Assembly (NCBI GenBank): GCA_009758405.1
Contig: WSBC01000004.1
Span: 114,634-178,633, forward strand
Direction of reading: 5' to 3'
Length of the DNA: 64,000 bases
Source: Methanobacteriota archaeon
GTDB lineage: Archaea; Thermoplasmatota; Thermoplasmata; Thermoplasmatales; ARK-15
Shown here: positions 31,284 to 41,590 of the stretch, piece by piece
How positions within the stretch are numbered: the first letter of the stretch is position 1
Layout of the letters: each line of letters begins with the position of its first letter
Position numbers and translations under genes: made by a program
The notes under the pieces: model-generated
Database searches by the model: none
Told to the model about the DNA's origin: nothing
What the model saw: only the letters and a program-made list of their open reading frames with translations

Positions 31284-32612
31284 TTGAATATTCTTTTAAT
31301 AGGTGGTGGGGGAAGAGAGCATGCGATAGCCGCCGCTATTAAAAAGAGTGGTGGCAATTTATATTCATTTATGGAATTTAGAAACCCTGGAATTGCAAGA
31401 ATATCCGATGATATTTTAATAGCAAATAATTTAAATGAACTTCTTAAATGGAAACATGTAAGGAATGGGAATATTGATTTTGCAATTGTTGGTCCTGAAG
31501 CGCCATTAGAGGCAGGGATTGTCAATTCATTACAGGAAATCGGTATAGCCTGTGCCTCTCCATCCAAAGAGGCAGCACAGATAGAAACCAGCAAAAAGTT
31601 CATGAGGGATCTAATGAAGAAATACAACATTCCAGGATATGTTGAAAGCCATTATTTTTCAGATGAGAATGATCTAATTTCCTTTATGAAGGATTTTGAA
31701 AAGGAATTTGCGGTAAAGCCTGTAGGATTAACAGGAGGGAAGGGGGTTAAGGTTCAAGGCCATCATTTCAGCACAAGGGAGGAGGGTATAAAATATGCCA
31801 GGGAGGTAATAAAGGCAGGGATAGGTGAGGGTAAAGGTGTTTTGATAGAGGAAAAGATGGAGGGGGAGGAGTACACTCTGCAGGCTTTTACAGATGGAAA
31901 AAATCTTATACCAATGCCACTGGTGCAAGATTTCAAGAGAGCTTACGAAAATGATGAGGGACCAAACACAGGCGGTATGGGCTCATACTCTATGGCTGAT
32001 CATTCCCTACCCTTTATAGATTCATCAGCTTTAGAGAAATCTAAAGAAATACTGAAAATGATTATTGAATCTATGGAAAGGGAAGGAATTGAGTATAGGG
32101 GTACTATATATGGCCAGTTCATGCTTACAAAGCATGGACCCAAGGTAATTGAAATAAATGCAAGGTTTGGTGATCCAGAGGCAATGAATGTTCTTTCAAT
32201 TTTTGAGGGCGATTTTCTCAGGATAATAGAGGGAATGGCCTATGGAAACTTATCTTTAAGGTATTCAAAATTTTCAAATCTTGGAACAGTGGTAAAATAC
32301 CTTGTTCCTCCAGGCTATGGATCAAATCCCCATGGTGGGGAAGAGTTCTTCGTTGATGAAGAAGGAATAAGGAATTCAGGAGCAGTATTTTATTATGGCT
32401 CAGTGGATGAAAGGAATGGTAAATTATATACAACACACTCAAGAACCATTGCAATAGTGGGGATTCATGAGGATCTCTATGAGGCCGAGAAAATAGCTGA
32501 AAATTCGATAAGATTTGTTAAGGGAAATCTTTATCACAGAAGTGACATAGGAAAAAGGGAAACAATCTTAAAAAAATTAAAGAAAATGGAGGAAATATTA
32601 AAGGATCCCTAA
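31284..32612 (+). CDS. purD: Phosphoribosylamine-glycine ligase
   Basis: GGGGREHA, VGPEAPL, GPNTGGMG and ARFGDPE; TTG start after GGAGG. Confidence 0.96.
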   Translation: MNILLIGGGGREHAIAAAIKKSGGNLYSFMEFRNPGIARISDDILIANNLNELLKWKHVRNGNIDFAIVGPEAPLEAGIVNSLQEIGIACASPSKEAAQIETSKKFMRDLMKKYNIPGYVESHYFSDENDLISFMKDFEKEFAVKPVGLTGGKGVKVQGHHFSTREEGIKYAREVIKAGIGEGKGVLIEEKMEGEEYTLQAFTDGKNLIPMPLVQDFKRAYENDEGPNTGGMGSYSMADHSLPFIDSSALEKSKEILKMIIESMEREGIEYRGTIYGQFMLTKHGPKVIEINARFGDPEAMNVLSIFEGDFLRIIEGMAYGNLSLRYSKFSNLGTVVKYLVPPGYGSNPHGGEEFFVDEEGIRNSGAVFYYGSVDERNGKLYTTHSRTIAIVGIHEDLYEAEKIAENSIRFVKGNLYHRSDIGKRETILKKLKKMEEILKDP

Positions 32613-33260
32613 ATATCTTTCAATCTCACTTATTACCTCAAAGGCGGCCACCCATGCTGGAAGTGGTCTTTCAAATATGGATATATTGGAGAATTGGCTC
32701 ACGTTTGTTAAAAAATCGCCTGAGGGAAAACCACCAATAATTATTGCCTCATCATCCTTAAGGATCTCTTTGATTCTTACGCTTTTTCCCTTCTCATTCA
32801 GTACAAATATGGAGGAGGGGGAGATATTCTTTATAAGTGTAAAAATATCCATCTCAACAATTTTTAATAAGGGCTTTTCTGCACTAGGAACATACCTGTT
32901 ATGAAAAAGATCTTCAATTAGTCCTATGAATCTATTATAACTTTTTGGAATTTTTACAGATGGATCTACGAATATAACTTGATTCTTTCTCGTATGAACA
33001 TAAACCCTTAGTTTACCTGATATATTCAAAGGAGATTCCAGGCAATTTAGAAGGAAATAATGAACTATATCTGGTCTTCCCCTTCTGTTCTCATCCCCTG
33101 GAAAATATTTTGAAATGGCAGAGTGATGAAAATTTGAATCAAGCACCATGGCCCCTGGCCTTTTTCCTCTCCTTCTAGCCTGCTTTGAAACCGAGGGATG
33201 GCTCCAGAGTTCCTGTGGTACTGTCTCAAGCTCGGAATCTGCAAGTATTAAATGAAACAT
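32598..33260 (-). CDS. nep1: 16S rRNA pseudouridine N1-methyltransferase Nep1/Emg1
   Basis: LDSNFHH, RGRPDIVH, SPLN, YNRF.GL and IGGFP.G (SPOUT). Confidence 0.93.
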   Translation of the reverse strand: MFHLILADSELETVPQELWSHPSVSKQARRRGKRPGAMVLDSNFHHSAISKYFPGDENRRGRPDIVHYFLLNCLESPLNISGKLRVYVHTRKNQVIFVDPSVKIPKSYNRFIGLIEDLFHNRYVPSAEKPLLKIVEMDIFTLIKNISPSSIFVLNEKGKSVRIKEILKDDEAIIIGGFPSGDFLTNVSQFSNISIFERPLPAWVAAFEVISEIERYLGIL

Positions 33261-33262
33261 AT

Positions 33263-33556
33263 TCAGCCAAATATGGATCCCATACCTTCGAGGGAACTTT
33301 CATCCTGGGCCTTAAATTTTTTGTAAATTTCTTCCATTTCATTTTTTGGTAATATTTCACCGAACTTACCTGCTATTTCCTTTGCCCTATTTATACCTTC
33401 ATCACTACCTTCAACAAGTATGTATATACTATCATCCTTAAGATCTAGCGAAATTCCTTCCCTTTTTATTATACTCTGTCTAGAAACTATATCGTCCCTG
33501 TAAAGTTCATCAATTTCTGATGATTTCTTTTTATCCACCTTAATTATAATGTACAT
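33263..33556 (-). CDS. Conserved archaeal hypothetical protein
   Basis: 97 aa; DDIVSRQSI..EGS..GMGSIFG; co-oriented with nep1. Confidence 0.75.
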   Translation of the reverse strand: MYIIIKVDKKKSSEIDELYRDDIVSRQSIIKREGISLDLKDDSIYILVEGSDEGINRAKEIAGKFGEILPKNEMEEIYKKFKAQDESSLEGMGSIFG

Positions 33557-33644
33557 AGTTAGGCAAAATTATCAGAGATTATTAATCTTTTTATGTATCC
33601 TGAGGAGATAATTAACAAGAAATAATTTTCATATTAGATTTTTT

Positions 33645-33998
33645 GGCTTTGTAGAAATCCTATCTATGGTTCCTACTTATCATCATCTGCTCCCCATCTT
33701 TTGGCTGGATCATCGCTTCACTTAATGGTCCTTTTATCCCTACATTGAACTAGGTAATGGATTTAAGTGCAAGCATTACAAAAATATTATTTAAGACATA
33801 AATATAATGATCTTTATTAAAATTAAAATATTATATATTAAATTAATAAAAAAGTACACTAATTAAAATAAATCTTGGTATTTGATTAGCTCGATTAATT
33901 GGATCAATTTTAGAAAGAATTTAATTATGAAATTTTTGGACACTATAGATAAATAAAAAATATAATAAATCATTTTTTAAAAAGGATTTCTACTAGGC
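33645..33998. mobile_element. MITE copy 3 with 9-bp target-site duplication
   Basis: TIRs GGCTTTGTAGAAATCCT / AGGATTTCTACTAGGC; AGATTTTTT on both flanks (33636-33644 and 33999-34007). Confidence 0.88.
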
Positions 33999-34032
33999 AG
34001 ATTTTTTAAAAAATTAAAATAATTTATAAGGC

Positions 34033-34281
34033 TTAATACATTGTCAGGTTGTATTTTTCCTTTAATTTTATGAAATCTTCCCTAGTACGAACATTAAGTA
34101 TTTCACTTATTTCCTTCATAATATTAGTTATTTCCTTATCCCAAACCTCCCTGGCAAGTACTAGCCTTTTCTCTTCATCGTCAAAATATATATCTTCACC
34201 GTATTCTTTGAAGCATCTAAGGGCCTCTGCTGCTCCCTCTTCATTCCTTTCATTTTCAAAATGTTCTATACATTCCTTCAC
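34033..34281 (-). CDS. Hypothetical protein (last gene of the nuo operon)
   Basis: 82 aa; GTGA overlap with the upstream ORF. Confidence 0.65.
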   Translation of the reverse strand: MKECIEHFENERNEEGAAEALRCFKEYGEDIYFDDEEKRLVLAREVWDKEITNIMKEISEILNVRTREDFIKLKEKYNLTMY

Positions 34282-34640
34282 AGGTCATCACACCTCTGCA
34301 TATTATAGTATGGATATTTTATATCATACCTGTTTATTGCATATTCCAGCCTGTGTATATAACCATTAACAGATTTATTTACATCTCCAGTGTATTCCCT
34401 GTCAAGCATAAATATTTCGGGATAATCCTTTGATAATGCAATTAGTCTTTCCTTTGCCTCCTTGATTGTTATCCTTTGCTCGAGTGCATCCATATGTATT
34501 CTTGCAAAGATATAAATACCTTCCCTGAGTCTATTTCCTCTTAATTTTGAAAGCTTTTCCAGCGCTCTATAACTCTCATTTATCTCCCCATAAATCAAGG
34601 TGGTATTTAAAAGGGAGATATATAGCCTTTCAGTTATCAT
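34278..34640 (-). CDS. Hypothetical protein coupled to nuoN
   Basis: 120 aa from ATG 34640; ATGA overlap with the nuoN stop. Confidence 0.65.
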   Translation of the reverse strand: MITERLYISLLNTTLIYGEINESYRALEKLSKLRGNRLREGIYIFARIHMDALEQRITIKEAKERLIALSKDYPEIFMLDREYTGDVNKSVNGYIHRLEYAINRYDIKYPYYNMQRCDDL

Positions 34641-36028
34641 GGCAAACCACCCCATAAATTATAAAGGGAATTGAAAATAATTGGAATTACTATGCCAACA
34701 GCGAGTGTAAGGATTGCAAGAGAAAATACTGCATAGTCTATATGCCTATTTTTTTCAACTTCCACATTAGATTCTTTCCAATAAAGGTACATCACTACCC
34801 TGAAATAGTAATAGACTGATATGGCCGAGTTCAAAACTGCTATAATGGCCAGCCACCATAGTCCCCCTTCTATCAGGCTGAGGAAAAGGAAGTATTTTCC
34901 CATAAAACCAAGAGTAGGTGGTATCCCTGCAAGTGAAAAGAGTAAAACAGTGAATGAGAATGCAAGAAGTGGCCTTTTCTTTCCAAGCCCTGCGATATCA
35001 TTAAGTGTGGTTCCCTTTTCCTCAAGGTTTTCCATTGTAATGAAGGATCCTCCCTTCATCAATATATATGCAATTGAAAATACTAGTATTGCAGCAAGGG
35101 CGAGCGAAAGAGCATTTTCACCTGTAAGAGTAAAAATAAGGGAGAGGTAACCTGCATTAGCAACACTGCTGTAGGCGAGCATTCTCTTTACATCCTTCTG
35201 AACAAGTGCTGTTACATTGCCATATGTCATTGTTAATATAGATATAATTATAAAGAAAATCTGCACATAGTTTGAGAATGAGATGTCAAATGTAAATAAG
35301 AATATTCTTATCATTATTGCAAATGCCATCAGTTTACTTGATGTTGATAATAGGGCCGAAACTGGGGATCTTGCACCGTTATAGGTATCTATGGCCCAGC
35401 TATGGAACGGGAATAATGAGAGCTTGAAACCGAATCCCACCAAAAGGAATATTAAAGAAAGTATATATGTACTTGAATTCGATGTAAGCCCTAAAGAGAA
35501 TGAATTTGTTGAAATATAGTAGAATGATATACCAAAAATTATCATTGCAGATGAAAGTGCACCTATTACAAAGAATTTCATAGAAGCCTCAAGTGATTTT
35601 CTTGATTTTGGATATGCTGCAAGAATGTATGTGGCTATGCTTGATGCCTCAAACGTGACAAAGATTGAGATTAGGTTATTTGAGAATACCGCTAATACCA
35701 TGCTACCTGTGGAGAATAGTAGTATTGAGTAGAAGATCTCTGAATGTGAAAAATTAAACCTGTATGTGGCTATGGAGATTATTACCATTAAAAATACGAA
35801 CAGTAATGATAATATAGTACCAGCAGTATCAAAGGTGAATATGTCAAAGTATTTGTAATTTGCCCCATAATTTAAAAGGAGTAGAATGAATGATATTATG
35901 CCTGAAGCTATTGAGAACAATGAAAATATCCTGTTGTTTGATGTTATAAATGACCAGAATAAAATAACTATGCCAAATGCAAAAAGTACGAATGAGGGAA
36001 GAAGATATTGGATTATTATTTCCATCAT
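34637..36028 (-). CDS. nuoN: Complex I-like subunit N
   Basis: EASMKFF, GFKLSLFPFHSW, KRMLAYSS and SLAGIPPTLGF.GK. Confidence 0.93.
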   Translation of the reverse strand: MMEIIIQYLLPSFVLFAFGIVILFWSFITSNNRIFSLFSIASGIISFILLLLNYGANYKYFDIFTFDTAGTILSLLFVFLMVIISIATYRFNFSHSEIFYSILLFSTGSMVLAVFSNNLISIFVTFEASSIATYILAAYPKSRKSLEASMKFFVIGALSSAMIIFGISFYYISTNSFSLGLTSNSSTYILSLIFLLVGFGFKLSLFPFHSWAIDTYNGARSPVSALLSTSSKLMAFAIMIRIFLFTFDISFSNYVQIFFIIISILTMTYGNVTALVQKDVKRMLAYSSVANAGYLSLIFTLTGENALSLALAAILVFSIAYILMKGGSFITMENLEEKGTTLNDIAGLGKKRPLLAFSFTVLLFSLAGIPPTLGFMGKYFLFLSLIEGGLWWLAIIAVLNSAISVYYYFRVVMYLYWKESNVEVEKNRHIDYAVFSLAILTLAVGIVIPIIFNSLYNLWGGLP

Positions 36029-37437
36029 TAAACACCTCCCATGTAGGCCTGAAACATATGGTATATTGGATATGGATATATACCAAACAGTAAAACAAGT
36101 AGAAAGAGAATTAGCACAGGCCAGAATTCCCTTGGAATCATATCTCCAATTTTTCCTAGGTAGTTATTGTATGGGCCAAATATTGTTCTCTGAAGTGCCC
36201 ATATATGGTAACTTGCAGATAAGACTAGACCAAATACTATGAGGAATGAAACGTATGTTATTGCCTGCCAAGAACCTACAACAACTGAGAATTCAGCAAT
36301 GAAACCTGCCAGTCCCGGTAGTCCAAGTGATGCAAGAAATCCACCTGTCATTAAGAATGCAAGATTAGGCATCATTTTTGTAAGTCCACCTAGATCCCTA
36401 ATTGCCCTTGTACCCGTGGACCTCTCTATTGAGCCAACTGTGCCGAAAAGGATTGGTATAATAAGTCCATGTGCAAACATCATAAACATACCACCAACAA
36501 GTGCTAACTCTGAAGAGGAAATAAGATAAACACCTGCTGCAATAGATATAAAGCCCATATGACCGATACTTGCGTATGCTACCATTCTTTTTAAATCCTT
36601 TTGGGCAAGTGCTGAAAATGATGCATATATAAGTGAAATTATACCTAATGATAGTATAAGCCATCCCACTGAGGAATCTTTAAAATTAATAAAAATTGCA
36701 AAAATTCCGTAAGCACCCATCTTTGAAAGGAGGCCTGAGAATATCATTGATGATGTTGTTGGAGATTCTACGTAAACATCTGGGGCCCATGTATGAAGGG
36801 GAAATGTGGGCAATTTTATAAAGAAGGCAAGGAAAAATCCTGTTAAAACAAGATAGTAGAGTGCCCCTGAAGGCATTGCACTAAATATTTGGTTGTAATC
36901 AAAGTTGAACGTTCCATTTAGGCTATAATAGTTAAATGCTAGTACAAAGATTGATACAAGCATAATTACCGAGCCAACGTGGGTATAAATAAGAAACTTA
37001 AGTGCCGTGTAATCCTTTCTTGGACCACCCCATCTTCCTATCATAAAGTATGATGGAATTAGCACAAGTTCCCAGAATATGTAAAAGAGGAAAAGGTTCT
37101 GACTCATAAATACGCCGAAGAGTGAGAATTGTAAGAAGAAGATATAGGAAAAATAGGAGCTTTCAATCTTTGGATCCTGGTAGAATATGGCTGCAAAAAC
37201 AACTATTGTAACCAAAAGTATCAAGGGATAGGAAAGGTAATTTAGACCTACATCAAATCCTATTCCAAAGAATTTATCTGTGGTAAAATTGGTATTTATA
37301 AATTCATAGAAAAGTAAAACTGTTAAAAGCATAATTGAAGAAAATACAAGGGAAAGGATTTTTGAATATCTTCCAGAGACTAATGTAAAGATTGAAAATA
37401 GTATGGGAAGGACCAAAAGTAAAAGAAGATAATCCAT
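36028..37437 (-). CDS. nuoM: Complex I-like subunit M
   Basis: FYIFWE, IKLPTFPLHTW, SKMGAYG and LGLPGLAGF.AEF. Confidence 0.93.
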   Translation of the reverse strand: MDYLLLLLVLPILFSIFTLVSGRYSKILSLVFSSIMLLTVLLFYEFINTNFTTDKFFGIGFDVGLNYLSYPLILLVTIVVFAAIFYQDPKIESSYFSYIFFLQFSLFGVFMSQNLFLFYIFWELVLIPSYFMIGRWGGPRKDYTALKFLIYTHVGSVIMLVSIFVLAFNYYSLNGTFNFDYNQIFSAMPSGALYYLVLTGFFLAFFIKLPTFPLHTWAPDVYVESPTTSSMIFSGLLSKMGAYGIFAIFINFKDSSVGWLILSLGIISLIYASFSALAQKDLKRMVAYASIGHMGFISIAAGVYLISSSELALVGGMFMMFAHGLIIPILFGTVGSIERSTGTRAIRDLGGLTKMMPNLAFLMTGGFLASLGLPGLAGFIAEFSVVVGSWQAITYVSFLIVFGLVLSASYHIWALQRTIFGPYNNYLGKIGDMIPREFWPVLILFLLVLLFGIYPYPIYHMFQAYMGGV

Positions 37438-39342
37438 TCATATCACCCCCATAATTTTCCCAAGTATTAGAAAGACGATTAATCCAATTATTACAAAGGT
37501 AGCATAATTCTGAACAATGCCTGTCTGCAGCCTCCTTGTTATTGAAGCAAGATAATTGAATGATTTTCCTATACCGTTTACAAAGCCATCCACTATATAC
37601 CTGTCAAAAAGGGCCACAACATATGATAGGTATACAATCAACCTATCTGCAATTATATTTGTATATAAATAATCTAGATAATACTTGGCCTTAACAATTC
37701 TGTATGCAAATCCTGATTTTCTAGCAAAATTCTGAGCTGAGAACCTAGAAGATCCATAGAACAGCCATGCTATATAAATACCGAACAGCACTAATATAAA
37801 TGGCAAAATTTCAATATAAAGTGGTAATGTAAATTCAAAATTCCCTATATATTTATAAAATCCTTCTTGGAAAATACCGTATATTAATGAAAATATAGAG
37901 AGAATTACAATAGGCGCCAACATTACCCATGGTGGATCTTTTGCATTCTCCGCCGCATAACTCTTTGGCTTTCCAAGTGCCACAATGAAAAACATTCTGA
38001 ATGTATAAAGTGTGGTTAGAAATGCACCTATTAAAAGAAGTATCCATGCATAATATATTCCTGGGTTTTGCTCTGAGAAATAATAGGAAAGTGAAATAAT
38101 TTCATCCTTACTGAAATATCCAGCAGTTGGTGGAAATCCAACAAGTGTTAGGGCTCCTATAAGCATTGCAGTAATTGTAATTGGCATCCTTTTCCATAGG
38201 CCACCCATCTTCCTTATGTCCCTTATATCAAGAAGTGAATATAATATAGCTCCTGCAGTAAGAAATAGGAGAGCCTTAAGGAATGCATGAACTATGAGAT
38301 GGTATATGCTTATGGATATTGTATACTGACTTGCAACAATACCAAGCCCAAGTGCTGAAAGCATATACCCAAGCTGGCTTATGGTCGAATAGGCGAGAAT
38401 TCTCTTGATATCGTTCATAACAAGGCCCATTGTTCCTGCGAGAAATGCGGTGAATGCACCAACATAAAGTACAAGATATCCTGCCCATGGAGCTGCATAT
38501 AAATAAACAGGGTATATCCTGGCAACTAAATAAATTCCTGCAGTTACCATCGTAGCTGCGTGTATTAATGCAGATACTGTGGTAGGACCCTCCATCGCAT
38601 CCGGTATCCATACATGTAAGGGGAACTGTGCAGACTTACCTGCTGCACCACCAAGGACCAAAGCACCAGCCAATGCAAGCTGATCCTTAGGAACAATATT
38701 CGCATATTTTAATATATTATAGATTGAAAGTGGATCGCCTGTTTTAATCACTGGCAATAGTGACCAGTATAAAACAGCCAGGCCAAGAATCAGAAGAACA
38801 TCCCCCACCCTGGTTACTATGAAGGCCTTTTTTGCAGCTGATGCAGCATTAGGCTTAAACCACCAGAAGCCTATCAATAGATATGAGCACAGGCCAACAA
38901 GCTCCCAGAAAAGGAAGAACATGACCATATTTGAGCTCAGAACCAGCCCAAGCATGCCACCTGTAAAGAGTGATGTTTCAGCAAAATATACGTGTCTGTT
39001 AGGATCCTTACCCATGTAGCCAATAGCAAACATATGTATAAGGAATGATACTCCTGATACCATCATAGCCATTGCTATTGAGAGTGGATCCACGAATACT
39101 CCCCAGGTAAAATTATAAAACCACCCATTCTGGTAATAAAATGACTCATTTAGGCTATAAAGGTAATAGGATAATAGGAAGGATATGAATATCCCGGATG
39201 TTGCCAGTATTCCGGAATATCTCCTGAATTTTTCAAATTTCTTTCCTAAAAGTAAAATTATTGGGAAGAGGATTATTGGAATGAGGAATATTAGCACGGC
39301 GGCAAGAACACCAGGATTTAAAAATTCTTCAACTTGATACAT
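37438..39342 (-). CDS. nuoL: Complex I-like subunit L
   Basis: GKSAQFPLHVWIPDAMEGPTTVSALIHAATMV; C-terminal QTG.VQNY. Confidence 0.95.
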   Translation of the reverse strand: MYQVEEFLNPGVLAAVLIFLIPIILFPIILLLGKKFEKFRRYSGILATSGIFISFLLSYYLYSLNESFYYQNGWFYNFTWGVFVDPLSIAMAMMVSGVSFLIHMFAIGYMGKDPNRHVYFAETSLFTGGMLGLVLSSNMVMFFLFWELVGLCSYLLIGFWWFKPNAASAAKKAFIVTRVGDVLLILGLAVLYWSLLPVIKTGDPLSIYNILKYANIVPKDQLALAGALVLGGAAGKSAQFPLHVWIPDAMEGPTTVSALIHAATMVTAGIYLVARIYPVYLYAAPWAGYLVLYVGAFTAFLAGTMGLVMNDIKRILAYSTISQLGYMLSALGLGIVASQYTISISIYHLIVHAFLKALLFLTAGAILYSLLDIRDIRKMGGLWKRMPITITAMLIGALTLVGFPPTAGYFSKDEIISLSYYFSEQNPGIYYAWILLLIGAFLTTLYTFRMFFIVALGKPKSYAAENAKDPPWVMLAPIVILSIFSLIYGIFQEGFYKYIGNFEFTLPLYIEILPFILVLFGIYIAWLFYGSSRFSAQNFARKSGFAYRIVKAKYYLDYLYTNIIADRLIVYLSYVVALFDRYIVDGFVNGIGKSFNYLASITRRLQTGIVQNYATFVIIGLIVFLILGKIMGVI

Positions 39343-39345
39343 CGC

Positions 39346-39648
39346 TCACCACCTCAGATCCATCAACGATTTTAGACCAATTCCCTTTGTCTGCCTGTAA
39401 AGGGCAACGAATATTGCAAATCCTATTGCTGCCTCTGCTGCTGCAATCGCAATAGAAAGAAGAACAAACATTATTCCTGATGAATCAGCTATATTGACCG
39501 CCCATGCCACTATGTTGAGGTTAGCGCTGTTTACAAGAATTTCAATGCTTATCAATAGCCTTATTCCACCCTTCACAGTTAGTATTCCATATAAACCAAC
39601 TGTAAACATCATAAGACTGACTGTCAAAACATAGATAAGGGGTATCAT
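39346..39648 (-). CDS. nuoK: Complex I-like subunit K
   Basis: SIEILVN and AAAEAAIG. Confidence 0.92.
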   Translation of the reverse strand: MIPLIYVLTVSLMMFTVGLYGILTVKGGIRLLISIEILVNSANLNIVAWAVNIADSSGIMFVLLSIAIAAAEAAIGFAIFVALYRQTKGIGLKSLMDLRW

Positions 39649-39896
39649 CTTTTCTCCTCCTTTGAAGCTAAATAGAATGCACCTATCATAGATGTAAGAA
39701 GGAGTATTGACATAAGTAAAAATACTGGTGAAAAATTACCCATGGTAATCATGGCAACATTTATCAGGTCCTCAGTCCTTCCTGATATATTTCCACTTAA
39801 ATTATAAATGAATGTAAATACCATTATAAAGAATAATATTGCAATTATTATGGAAAGTATATTCCTGGGTGAAAAATCAATCTTCAACTTCCTCAC
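39645..39896 (-). CDS. Complex I-like subunit J, C-terminal half (J2)
   Basis: SILLLTSMIGAFYLA; located between J1 and nuoK; start uncertain. Confidence 0.75.
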   Translation of the reverse strand: MRKLKIDFSPRNILSIIIAILFFIMVFTFIYNLSGNISGRTEDLINVAMITMGNFSPVFLLMSILLLTSMIGAFYLASKEEKR

Positions 39897-40125
39897 CCCT
39901 GGTAAGCATTATTGTGAATAATATTAATATAATAACGGCACCAACATATACAAGAATCTGTACCATGGCAAGGAATTGTGCATTTAGTATTACATATAGA
40001 GTTGCTATTGATAATAAGAAGAATGTGAGTGCGAAAGCAGCCCTCAAAAGATTTTTATCCGAGACTGCCCAGATACCGAAGACTATTCCAATAATACCTA
40101 CAATTAGGAATACTGTTTCAATCAT
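39877..40125 (-). CDS. nuoJ: Complex I-like subunit J, N-terminal half (J1)
   Basis: LNAQFLAMVQILVYVGAVIIL.LF.IML. Confidence 0.88.
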   Translation of the reverse strand: MIETVFLIVGIIGIVFGIWAVSDKNLLRAAFALTFFLLSIATLYVILNAQFLAMVQILVYVGAVIILILFTIMLTRGEEVED

Positions 40126-40525
40126 GTCTCATCAGCTCCTTTTCACTCCTTGAAAGTCTATCCGGAAGATAATCAAGATCCTTATTATAATAGGCAAGTT
40201 CGAATTCGTTGGATAGCCTTATTGATCCTGTGGGACATACCTCCTGACAAAGTCCACAGTATGTGCATACACCAATGTTCACTGCAGGATATATCTTTCT
40301 CTTATTTTTACCGTTATCATAATCATAATATACCATATGATCTGCATGGTTGGGACATATCTGTGAGCATAGTGTACAGCCTATGCATGTATCCAGATTT
40401 AATATAACCCTACCCCTAAACCTCTTTGTATGCCATGGTATTGGCTCTTCCGGGTACTGAACTGTTACGGGCTTCCTGAAAAGATGTTTTATTACCTGTA
40501 ACATTCCCTTAAGAATTCCCTTCAT
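40118..40525 (-). CDS. nuoI: Complex I-like subunit I
   Basis: TVQYPEE..RFRG; two ferredoxin CxxCxxCxxxCP motifs. Confidence 0.92.
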   Translation of the reverse strand: MKGILKGMLQVIKHLFRKPVTVQYPEEPIPWHTKRFRGRVILNLDTCIGCTLCSQICPNHADHMVYYDYDNGKNKRKIYPAVNIGVCTYCGLCQEVCPTGSIRLSNEFELAYYNKDLDYLPDRLSRSEKELMRHD

Positions 40526-41590
40526 TCAGAACACCCCCAGGCCTACAAGCATTACACTCCAAACAAGGTTTATCAATGAAAGTGGTAGGAGTATCTTCCA
40601 TCCAAAGTTCATAAACTTGTCCACCCTTATCCTTGGAAGTGCTATCCAAAGTGTAAGAAAAATGAACATAAATATGAAGGCCTTTATTAATAGCCAGATA
40701 TAGCCAGATCCATAAAATATAAAATCACTTCCCCCTCCTAGATAAACCACAGAAATAAAGAGGGACGCAAGAAAAACACTACCAAATACACCGAGATAGA
40801 ATATTCCAAACCTGAGACCTGAATATTCAACATTAAAGCCTGAAACAAGTTCGCTTTCACTTTCGGGAAGGTCAAAGGGGACTACCGCCATCTTTGCCAC
40901 CATGGCTATGAAAAAGACAAAGAAACCGATGGGTTCAAGGATTGCAAGTGGCCAGGGGTATTTTGCAATATTTGCGAGGTTTAATGAATCTCCATAACCT
41001 GATAAAAGGACCACTACCCCCAGGGCAGATATTACCATGGGTATTTCATAGCTTAGATCCTGAGCAGCTGCCCTTAGGGCACCAAGCATTGAGAACTTGT
41101 TACCAGAAGAGAGCCCTGCTATTACCTCACCTATTGGTGCTATTGCTGAAAAGGCAATTAGGAGGAGAAGAGTATACTTTACATTAACAAATGTAAGGTC
41201 AAGTCCAAAAAGGTTACCGTAGGGAATAACAAGATATGAAAGTACTAGGAATGTAAAAACTATGTAAGGTGCAAACCTGAACAGCAATGGATCTGCCCTG
41301 TCAGGAATAATGTCCTCTTTACCGAATATCTTCAAGGCATCCGCTATAAGCTGAAGGAGGCCATATGGACCTACCCTGTTTGGGCCTATCCTTTGTTGAA
41401 GGTCTGCCATATATTTCCTGAATATGTATATCACAATTATTATTGTAAGTGATGCGGCCAGAAGAATCAGTAATGAGGCTATTAAATATACAAGAATTTC
41501 CTGAACATACTGTCCATATATCCCATAGACACTGAAATCTATGCCAAGGTACTTCAAAATATATTCTATAAATAAAAGAACATTGATCAT
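40526..41590 (-). CDS. nuoH: Complex I-like subunit H
   Basis: RIGPNRVGPYG..Q.IADALK; PFDLPESESELVSG..VEYSG. Confidence 0.94.
   Translation of the reverse strand: MINVLLFIEYILKYLGIDFSVYGIYGQYVQEILVYLIASLLILLAASLTIIIVIYIFRKYMADLQQRIGPNRVGPYGLLQLIADALKIFGKEDIIPDRADPLLFRFAPYIVFTFLVLSYLVIPYGNLFGLDLTFVNVKYTLLLLIAFSAIAPIGEVIAGLSSGNKFSMLGALRAAAQDLSYEIPMVISALGVVVLLSGYGDSLNLANIAKYPWPLAILEPIGFFVFFIAMVAKMAVVPFDLPESESELVSGFNVEYSGLRFGIFYLGVFGSVFLASLFISVVYLGGGSDFIFYGSGYIWLLIKAFIFMFIFLTLWIALPRIRVDKFMNFGWKILLPLSLINLVWSVMLVGLGVF

Noticed and set aside
15876..33998. Dispersed repeats or the 63571-63660 repeat pair as CRISPR arrays or leaders
   Set aside because: There is no regular repeat-spacer periodicity and no cas genes in the window.
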